This document shows, in pieces, positions 57,183-64,000 of a stretch of DNA of 64,000 bases. This DNA is from an uncultured Actinomycetes bacterium (GTDB lineage Bacteria > Actinomycetota > UBA4738 > HRBIN12), in assembly GCA_963799625.1 (NCBI GenBank), contig CAWCXU010000001.1, forward strand, positions 143,920 through 207,919, written 5' to 3'. Each line of letters opens with the position of its first letter. The stretch's first letter is position 1. The notes under the pieces were generated by a model that worked only from the letters and a program-made list of their open reading frames with translations, had not been told where the DNA came from and did not search any database. The position numbers and the translations under genes are program-made.

Positions 57183-58338
57183 GGGGCCGCTCCCGCCGCT
57201 GGTCGCGCTCGGCCGTGACCTGCGTGACCGCGGGTTGCCCGTCGGCACCGGCAGGATCTTGACGTTCGTCCGCGGGGTCGCCGCGATCGGCCTCGTCGAC
57301 CGAACGTCGCTGTACTGGACCGCGCGGGCGACGATGGTCGCGAGCCGCACCGACCTCGACACGTTCGACGCCGCGTTCGACGCGTGGTTCCGGACGCTCC
57401 GGCTCGACGAGGAGCCCGAGCTGTCCTTCGAGTTCGACCTACCGCCCGATCCCGAGGCCCTCGAACCGGGCGATGATCTGCTTGCCGACGTGGCGGGCGT
57501 GTCGACCGCGGCAACGTGGCATCACGCCGGCGAGGACGAGGAGGCCGCCGAGGACGAGGAGTCGGCGCTGCGGCTGGTCGCTTCCGCGGTCGAGGTCCTG
57601 CGTTCGAAGTCCTTCGCCTACCTGAACGAGGAGGAACGGCAGCGCGTGGCGAAGTTGATCCGGGAGCTCCGCGTGCACGTGCCGATCGAGCGCACACGCA
57701 GGACGCGCTCTTCGAGCAAGGGGACGACGCTCGACGTCCGACGGACCCTCCGGCGGTCCCTACGCACCCAGGGCGAGCCGTTCGATCGCGAGTGGCGGTC
57801 GCGACGGACCCGGACCAGGCCGCTCGTCCTGATCTTGGACGTGTCGGGCTCGATGGCGCCGTACTCGCGCGCGTTGTTGCAGTTCGGCTACGCGGCGATG
57901 GCGGCCGGACGGCGCGTCGAGGTCTTCTGCTTCGGGACCCGCCTCACTCGGGTCACGCGCGTCCTGCGGACGAAGGACCCCGATCGCGCGATGCACGAGA
58001 TCGGACGGATCGTGGCGGACTGGGAGGGCGGCACGCGGATCGGCGAGTCGCTGAAGAGCTTGCTCGACGGGTGGAGCCAGCGCGCCGCGCTCCGCGGTGC
58101 CGTCGTGGTCCTGTGCTCCGACGGCCTCGAGCGCGGCGACCCCGACCTGCTCCGCGCCCAGATGGCGCGCCTGCGCCGCCTCGCCTACCGCGTGGTGTGG
58201 GCGAACCCGCTGAAGGGCTCACCCCGCTACGAGCCACTCGCCCGTGGGATGGCGGCCGCGCTCCCGAGCGTCGACGTGTTCCTGTCCGGGCACAACCTCG
58301 AGAGCCTCGAGGCGCTCGCGGCCGCCCTGGCTCCCTAG
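57175..58338 (+). CDS. VWA-domain protein (CoxE-like)
   Basis: MIDAS motif DVSGSM in the C-terminal VWA domain; overlaps the MoxR stop. Confidence 0.8.
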   Translation: MAEGPLPPLVALGRDLRDRGLPVGTGRILTFVRGVAAIGLVDRTSLYWTARATMVASRTDLDTFDAAFDAWFRTLRLDEEPELSFEFDLPPDPEALEPGDDLLADVAGVSTAATWHHAGEDEEAAEDEESALRLVASAVEVLRSKSFAYLNEEERQRVAKLIRELRVHVPIERTRRTRSSSKGTTLDVRRTLRRSLRTQGEPFDREWRSRRTRTRPLVLILDVSGSMAPYSRALLQFGYAAMAAGRRVEVFCFGTRLTRVTRVLRTKDPDRAMHEIGRIVADWEGGTRIGESLKSLLDGWSQRAALRGAVVVLCSDGLERGDPDLLRAQMARLRRLAYRVVWANPLKGSPRYEPLARGMAAALPSVDVFLSGHNLESLEALAAALAP

Positions 58339-58363
58339 CGCCCGTCGGCGGTACGCTTGCCCG

Positions 58364-58849
58364 ATGCCGGTCGACGACACCCTCGTCCTGGACGAGCTCA
58401 CCGACGACGGGGCCCCGTTGCCCCGGGGCCGCGGCCGGAGCTCGTGGATCGTCTTCGCGGCGCTCGGCTTCGCCTGCGTGTTCGTCGTCGTCGAGATCTT
58501 CGCGAACCTCGGGCTCAAGGACACGATCGGGCACGCGGAGCACACCCTGACGGTCGCGCAGGCCGCCGCCGGCACCGTCGCGACGAACGACGGGAGCCTC
58601 GACGATGCCGACCACCTGCGCCTCGCCGCCGTCGAGCCGTCCCTGCAGTGGATCCCCGGCGGGGAGCAGAGCACGGGTCTCGATCAGGTGAGCGTTGCCA
58701 CCGCGAACGGGGACTGGGGAGCGGCGGTCCAAGCCCGCCCCGGCGCGTGCTTCTACCTCCACCTGACCGGCGAGGGCGCGACGTACTACGGCGTCGGCAC
58801 CTCCTGCACCGGCCAGGACGCGTTGCAGGCCACCGACCCTCGCTGGTAG
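58364..58849 (+). CDS. membrane-anchored protein, paralog family A (third copy)
   Basis: one TM, C-terminal GACFYLHLTGEGATYYGVGTSCTGQDAL. Confidence 0.55.
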   Translation: MPVDDTLVLDELTDDGAPLPRGRGRSSWIVFAALGFACVFVVVEIFANLGLKDTIGHAEHTLTVAQAAAGTVATNDGSLDDADHLRLAAVEPSLQWIPGGEQSTGLDQVSVATANGDWGAAVQARPGACFYLHLTGEGATYYGVGTSCTGQDALQATDPRW

Positions 58850-58916
58850 CCGCGAACGGGGTAACCCGTCCTACCGACATTCAAGTATCGGCCGTCTATC
58901 TGCCGACACCTCACCC

Positions 58917-60122
58917 ATGCGGACGACACGGGTGTGGCGCAGGCGGGGAACGGCGGGGGTCGCGGCGGCGACCCTGCTCGTCGGGCTCGGCATGCACGGT
59001 GCGGAGGCGACCGGCAAGGTCGTGTCCAAGAAGACGCTCGCCCCGGGCGTGATCTATGAGCAGATCACCGACACCGCTTTCCCGGTTCGTGAGTACGTCT
59101 TGCTGTACGACGGGTCGGCGGCGTCGGCGGCGATCGACCAGGTTCTGTCCGCGCCGCAGGTCGGCACCTTCCAGAAGACGAGCGTGATGGCTGCGAACGC
59201 GGGCGCGATCGCGGGGGTGAACGGTGACCTGAACGACTGGCCGGCGCGCCCGACCCACCAGTATGTGAGCAACGGGATGCCGATCCAGACCACGACACCG
59301 CCGGGGGTCTCGCTGGGGTTCCGGCAGGACAAGCACGGGGCGACGATCACGCGGAGCCCGTTGAAGATCTGGGCGACCAGCGCCGCGACGAAGACGACGT
59401 TCACCGTTTCGAGCTGGAACAAGGCCGCCCCGTCGACCGATCAGGTCGTCGGCTATAGCTGGTACGGCGCCCAGTACTCGCGGCCCACGACGAACCAGTG
59501 CAGCGCGCGGCTGATCAAGCCGCGGCGGGTCCGATGGAACACGGGCAAGAACGGCACGGGTCGCAACTACAAGGTCGGTCGCGTCTGGTGCAGCAGCACC
59601 AAGGCGATGACGGTGAACGCCGCCAACAACGTGGTGTTGAGCTCGAAGCTGGTCGGGAAGGGCGCGACCTTCATCAAGTCGTTGACGAGGGGCACGAGGG
59701 TGCACGTCGGGTGGTCCGACGGGACGCCCGGCGCGGTCGACGTGGTGAGCGGCAGCGCCGACGTCCTGCAGAACGGCGTGATCCAGTACGCGTCGGGCTG
59801 CCGCGCCGACCTCTGCATGAAGAACCCTCGGACCGCGGTCGGGGTCACCGCGACGGGTGGGATCATCATCCTGGTCGTCGACGGCCGCTCCTCCGGCTCC
59901 TACGGGCTGACGCTCTATCAGCTCGGCCAGCAGATGCAGGCGCTCGGCGCGGTGAACGCTATGAACCTCGACGGCGGCGGATCGTCGACCATGTGGATCA
60001 AGGGGATGGGCATCGTGAACCACCCGACCGACTCCACGGGCGAGCGTCCCGTCTCGAACGCCATCGTGATCATGCCGCGTGCCAACCCGAGCGAGCCGAT
60101 CCCGGCCGCGCCCCGGGTTTGA
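58917..60122 (+). CDS. secreted phosphodiester glycosidase-family protein (DUF2233/NAGPA-like)
   Basis: signal peptide; NLDGGGSSTMW motif. Confidence 0.7.
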   Translation: MRTTRVWRRRGTAGVAAATLLVGLGMHGAEATGKVVSKKTLAPGVIYEQITDTAFPVREYVLLYDGSAASAAIDQVLSAPQVGTFQKTSVMAANAGAIAGVNGDLNDWPARPTHQYVSNGMPIQTTTPPGVSLGFRQDKHGATITRSPLKIWATSAATKTTFTVSSWNKAAPSTDQVVGYSWYGAQYSRPTTNQCSARLIKPRRVRWNTGKNGTGRNYKVGRVWCSSTKAMTVNAANNVVLSSKLVGKGATFIKSLTRGTRVHVGWSDGTPGAVDVVSGSADVLQNGVIQYASGCRADLCMKNPRTAVGVTATGGIIILVVDGRSSGSYGLTLYQLGQQMQALGAVNAMNLDGGGSSTMWIKGMGIVNHPTDSTGERPVSNAIVIMPRANPSEPIPAAPRV

Positions 60123-60123
60123 G

Positions 60124-61389
60124 CTACGGCCGCATCGCCTGGTCGAGCAGCTCCACCGGGTGCACCACGTCGATGTCGCGCGTCGCCAGATGGTGCGCGA
60201 GCTGGACGGTGCATCCGGGGTTGGCCGACGCAACGACCGTCGCGCCGGTCGCCGCGATCGCGTCCGCCTTGTCGCGACCGAGCTCCGTCGCCAGCGCAGG
60301 CTGGGACGCCGCGTAGATCCCGGCGGCGCCGCAGCACCGGTCGCCGCGCTCGATCTCGACGACGGTGAGACCGGGGATCGAGCCGAGCAGCGCCCGCGGC
60401 GCGTCGTGGATGTGCTGGGCACGCAGGGCGTGACAGGCGTCGTGGTAGGCGACGGTGAGCGGGAGCGGCCGGAGCTCGACGCCGCCGAGCCCTTGCTCGC
60501 CGAGGAACGCCATCAGGTCGAGCACCGGCAAGGCCGTCCCCGGTCGAAGCTCCTCGTAGGTCTGCATGTGCGCGCTGCAGCCGGACGCGTTCACGACGAC
60601 GACGTCGGCGTCCGCGAACGCGTGGTGGGCGCGACCGGCCAGCCTTCTTGCCACGCCGAGCCGGCCGTTGTGAGCGGCGAGCGCGCCGCAGCACGCCTGG
60701 CCCCTGGGCACAGTGACGCGCCATCCCGCGCGGGCGAGGACCCTGATCGTCGCCAGGTTCACTTGGTGGAACCACCGGTCTTGCACGCAGCCCGCGAGGA
60801 GAGCCACGGATCCACGCCTTGCGACCCCGGCAGGTGGATCGGTGACGCTCGGGAGCGTGGCGAACGGCGAGGAGCGGGTCGGGATCATCGCGCGGACCCG
60901 GCGCGGGAGGAACGGTCGGGCCACCGGTTGCAGCAGGGTGGCCGCGCGGATCGCCGCCGGATGCGGCAGCACCCAGTGGAACCCGAGCCAATGCAGGAAC
61001 CGCGTGCGGCGGGCGCGCGTCGGCTCCACCTGCTCGCGGGCGGCCTCCATCATCCGGCCGAAGGGAACGTCCGAAGGGCAGACGTCCTCACACGCGCGGC
61101 ACACGAGACACCGGTCCATGAACGCCGCGAACGAGTCGTCGAGATCCGCGCCGGCGGTCACCGCGCGCATCGCCGCGATCCGTCCACGAGGCGACGCGGC
61201 CTCCTCGCCCGTGATCCGGTAGGTCGGGCAATGCGGGAGGCACAGGCCGCACGCCACGCATGCCGACAGGTCCTCGGGCGTCGGCGCCCCGCGATCGACG
61301 CGCCAGCCGGTCGCGACCGACCCCGTGGCCTCGATGAAGCGGGCGCCCGCCGGCAGGTCGGTTCCGATCGGGCGTGGGTCGGTCGCCAT
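60124..61389 (-). CDS. glcF: glycolate oxidase iron-sulfur subunit
   Basis: two 4Fe-4S ferredoxin motifs (CVACGLCLPHCP; CLVCRACEDVCP) plus two CCG domains. Confidence 0.8.
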   Translation of the reverse strand: MATDPRPIGTDLPAGARFIEATGSVATGWRVDRGAPTPEDLSACVACGLCLPHCPTYRITGEEAASPRGRIAAMRAVTAGADLDDSFAAFMDRCLVCRACEDVCPSDVPFGRMMEAAREQVEPTRARRTRFLHWLGFHWVLPHPAAIRAATLLQPVARPFLPRRVRAMIPTRSSPFATLPSVTDPPAGVARRGSVALLAGCVQDRWFHQVNLATIRVLARAGWRVTVPRGQACCGALAAHNGRLGVARRLAGRAHHAFADADVVVVNASGCSAHMQTYEELRPGTALPVLDLMAFLGEQGLGGVELRPLPLTVAYHDACHALRAQHIHDAPRALLGSIPGLTVVEIERGDRCCGAAGIYAASQPALATELGRDKADAIAATGATVVASANPGCTVQLAHHLATRDIDVVHPVELLDQAMRP

Positions 61390-61489
61390 GCCGCGATGCT
61401 ACGGCCGGTTCGTCTCGCGGGCCGTTATCGCAAGGTAGAAGACTCGCCCGGACCGTGCTGACGCACTGAGCCCGGCTACCCTGCGAAGC

Positions 61490-62665
61490 ATGGATCTCAC
61501 GTCGCGTCTGCGTTCCTCGCGGGCCGCGTCGTCGTTCACGGAATCGGTGATCCGCGAGATGACGCGACTGGCGCAGGTCCACGACGCGATCAACCTTGGG
61601 CAGGGCTTCCCCGACTTCCCGGCGCCCGGCGAGGTGAAGGAGGCCGCCGCCCGCGCGATCGCCGAGGACCACAACCAGTACCCGATCACCTGGGGCGTGC
61701 CGGCGTTCCGCGAGGCGATCGCCGCGACCTACGCTCGCGACTACGGCATGACCATCGATCCGGAGACCGAGATCTGTGTCACGTGCGGGGCGACCGAAGC
61801 GATGTCGGCAGCGTTCCTCGGCTTGCTGGATCCAGGCGACGAGGTCGTGGTGTTCGAGCCGTTCTACGAGAGCTACGGGCCAGACGCGATCTTGTCGGGG
61901 GCGCGCCTGCGCTACGTGACGCTCCGACCGCCCGACTGGGCCTTCGATCCGGACGAGCTGGCGGCGGCGTTCGGTGCGCAGACGCGGGCGATCGTCGTCG
62001 GGTCGCCGCACAACCCGACGGGGAAGGTCTTCGCACGGGAGGAGCTCAGTCAGATCGCGGAGCTGTGCGTCGCGAACGACGCCATCGCGATCACCGACGA
62101 GATCTACGAGCACATCATCTACGACGGGGCGGTGCACGTGCCGATCGCGACGCTTCCGGGGATGGCCGATCGGACCGTCACGATCAGCGCGCTGTCCAAG
62201 ACGTACGCGGTCACCGGCTGGCGCGTCGGGTGGGCGATCGCGGCCCCCCCGTTGATGGCAGGCATCCGTTCGACGCACGACTTCCTTACGGTGGCGGCCG
62301 CGACACCGTTGCAGCTGGCCGGGGTGGCAGCGCTCGGGCTGCCCGCCGGGTACTACGAGCGGATCCGCCGCGAGTACCACGAGCGGCGCGACACCATGCT
62401 GCGCGTCCTGCACGAGGCGGGGTTCGCCGCCGATCCGCCCGCCGGCGCCTATTACGTCATGGCCGACGTGTCGTCGCTCGGCTTCGACGACGACGTGGCG
62501 GCCGCGCGACACCTGGTCGAGGAGGTCGGGGTCGCCGCGGTGCCCGGGTCCTCGTTCTTCTCGGAGCCGTCCCTCGGCGCGCACCTGCTCCGCTTCGCGT
62601 TCCCGAAGAAGCTTGAGACGCTGGAGGAGGCCGGGCAACGCCTGAGGAAGGCCGCGTCTAGCTGA
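61490..62665 (+). CDS. class I/II PLP-dependent aminotransferase
   Basis: fold-type I motifs (NPTG, SALSKTYAVTGWRVG with Schiff-base Lys). Confidence 0.85.
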   Translation: MDLTSRLRSSRAASSFTESVIREMTRLAQVHDAINLGQGFPDFPAPGEVKEAAARAIAEDHNQYPITWGVPAFREAIAATYARDYGMTIDPETEICVTCGATEAMSAAFLGLLDPGDEVVVFEPFYESYGPDAILSGARLRYVTLRPPDWAFDPDELAAAFGAQTRAIVVGSPHNPTGKVFAREELSQIAELCVANDAIAITDEIYEHIIYDGAVHVPIATLPGMADRTVTISALSKTYAVTGWRVGWAIAAPPLMAGIRSTHDFLTVAAATPLQLAGVAALGLPAGYYERIRREYHERRDTMLRVLHEAGFAADPPAGAYYVMADVSSLGFDDDVAAARHLVEEVGVAAVPGSSFFSEPSLGAHLLRFAFPKKLETLEEAGQRLRKAASS

Positions 62666-63689
62666 GGCCGGGCGCGAGGATGTTGGCCGGGTCGAAGGCG
62701 GCCTTGAGGCGGGCGCCGAGGGCGGCCGAGACGGCGTCGGTAGTGCCGAGCCCCCCGGCGCCGCCGACCAGCGGCGCGATGCCCCCGAGCGATGCGACGC
62801 GCTCGCGAACCCGTCCGAGCGCTGCCTCGTCGTCGCACGGGATCCACGCGTAGCCGACGCCGAGGAGCGCTCGGTACCTGGGGCTGTCCGCCACCGCGGC
62901 CGTGAGCCGCGATGGAACGACCGCGGCTTGGGCCACGATCGGCGCGTCGGGGAACGCTGGTTCGAGCCATGCGGCCGGGTCCGCGTCGGCGAGCACCGCG
63001 ACCGTGTTGGCCTCGCGAGTCTGTTCGGCGACTTCTTCGGGCCAGCCTTCGAGCCGCACCGACACGCGGTCGTGTTCGGCGATGACGGCGGCCGGGAGCG
63101 GCACGGCCTCCAGGAGCCGGGCCGCGAGGTCGATCCCCCCCTCGCGAGTGACGAGCGTCTTCGCCGCCTTCGGGAGCGGGCGCACCTTCAGCGCCACCTG
63201 CGTGATGACCCCCAGGGTGCCGCGTGAGCCGGTCAGCAGCCGATGGAGGTCGTAGCCGGTCACGTTCTTCACCGTGCGCGCGCCGCTGCGGATCCGTCGC
63301 CCGTCGCCGGTGACGAAGACCATCTCGACGACCGTGTCCCGCAGGCACCCGACACGCAGCTGCCGGGGGAGCGGCACGTCGGCGGCGATCACCCCGCCGA
63401 CGGTGGCGTCGTCGGGCTCGTCGACCGGCCACTCTTGACCACCGTCGGCGAGCAGCCGCCGGAGCTCGCCGAGCCGCATCCCCGACTCCACGACGCAGAG
63501 CATCTCGGCAGGGTCGTAGGCGACGACGCGGTCGAGCGCCGTCGTCCACAGTTCCGCGTCGACCTCGCCGCGCTCGCCGGCGTCGTGGTGACGGCGACCG
63601 CCGACGACCGACACCCGCGTGCCGTTCGTGGTCGCGGCCCGCATCGCCTCGACGACGTGGGACTCGTCTGTGGGATGGATCAGATCCAC
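62658..63689 (-). CDS. glcE: glycolate oxidase FAD-binding subunit
   Basis: FAD_binding_4 domain (VSVVGGRRH ... GGV); GTG overlaps glcD 3' end. An alternative downstream ATG is possible. Confidence 0.7.
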   Translation of the reverse strand: MDLIHPTDESHVVEAMRAATTNGTRVSVVGGRRHHDAGERGEVDAELWTTALDRVVAYDPAEMLCVVESGMRLGELRRLLADGGQEWPVDEPDDATVGGVIAADVPLPRQLRVGCLRDTVVEMVFVTGDGRRIRSGARTVKNVTGYDLHRLLTGSRGTLGVITQVALKVRPLPKAAKTLVTREGGIDLAARLLEAVPLPAAVIAEHDRVSVRLEGWPEEVAEQTREANTVAVLADADPAAWLEPAFPDAPIVAQAAVVPSRLTAAVADSPRYRALLGVGYAWIPCDDEAALGRVRERVASLGGIAPLVGGAGGLGTTDAVSAALGARLKAAFDPANILAPGLS

Positions 63690-64000
63690 GTGCCCTCCGG
63701 GAGCGCGCCCGCGCGCGCCAACGCTGCGGCCGCGAAGTCGCCACACCGCGCGCCGTCGGGCAGGACCTTCTGCGGGTTCATCCGCCCCTCGGGGTCGAAC
63801 GCGGTCCGGACGCACGCCTGCGCGCCGAGGTCGTCGTCGGTGAAGACGAGCGGCATGAAGTCGCGTTTCTCCAGGCCGATGCCGTGCTCGCCCGACAGCG
63901 CGCCGCCCGCGTCGACGCATAGGCGCACGACCTCGTCGGCCGCGGCCAAGACCCGCTCGAGCGTGCCGGGCACCGATAGGTCGAACGAGAACAGCGGGTG
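63680..64000 (-). CDS. glcD: glycolate oxidase subunit D, C-terminal part (5' end beyond window)
   Basis: FAD-linked oxidase C-terminal motif GGALSGEHGIGLEKR...FDPEGRMNPQKV. Confidence 0.75.
   Translation of the reverse strand, partial: HPLFSFDLSVPGTLERVLAAADEVVRLCVDAGGALSGEHGIGLEKRDFMPLVFTDDDLGAQACVRTAFDPEGRMNPQKVLPDGARCGDFAAAALARAGALPEGTWI

Overview
A 64 kb high-GC (~70%) chromosomal segment with Actinomycetota-like architecture. Genes are densely packed, GTG starts are common, and many neighbouring genes overlap by 1-4 nt (GTGA/ATGA, start on stop). Most content is housekeeping or metabolic: hutI, a standalone 5'-3' exonuclease, rlmN, tldD/pmbA, uppP, MTAP, galU, moeA/moaC, one tRNA-Ala(CGC), ABC-F, and glcDEF. 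No rRNA, CRISPR array, integrase or transposase was seen. Notable modules: (1) a minimal McrB-like AAA+ GTPase gene, broken by a 1-nt frameshift, overlapping a 183-aa partner with no recognisable nuclease motif; (2) a corrinoid-dependent methyltransferase operon (MttB-family, DUF1638, RACo-type activator, methyl-THF:corrinoid methyltransferase) with no corrinoid-binding protein gene; (3) a xanthine-dehydrogenase/CO-dehydrogenase-family set (MocA, XdhC, CoxS, CoxM, MoxR/CoxD, VWA/CoxE) with no catalytic large subunit; (4) three paralogous membrane-anchored proteins sharing a conserved two-cysteine C-terminal domain; (5) an envelope glycan cluster with two paralogous GT-C-like membrane proteins, an acyltransferase-3 and a GT4/GH130 pair that reads as a single frameshifted fusion. 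There are at least three apparent single-base frameshifts in ~7 kb (5124-5127, ~9673-9697, ~11457-11467), consistent with indel errors or genuine pseudogenes. Long Arg/Pro/Gly-rich ORFs in alternative frames were treated as GC-driven artefacts.
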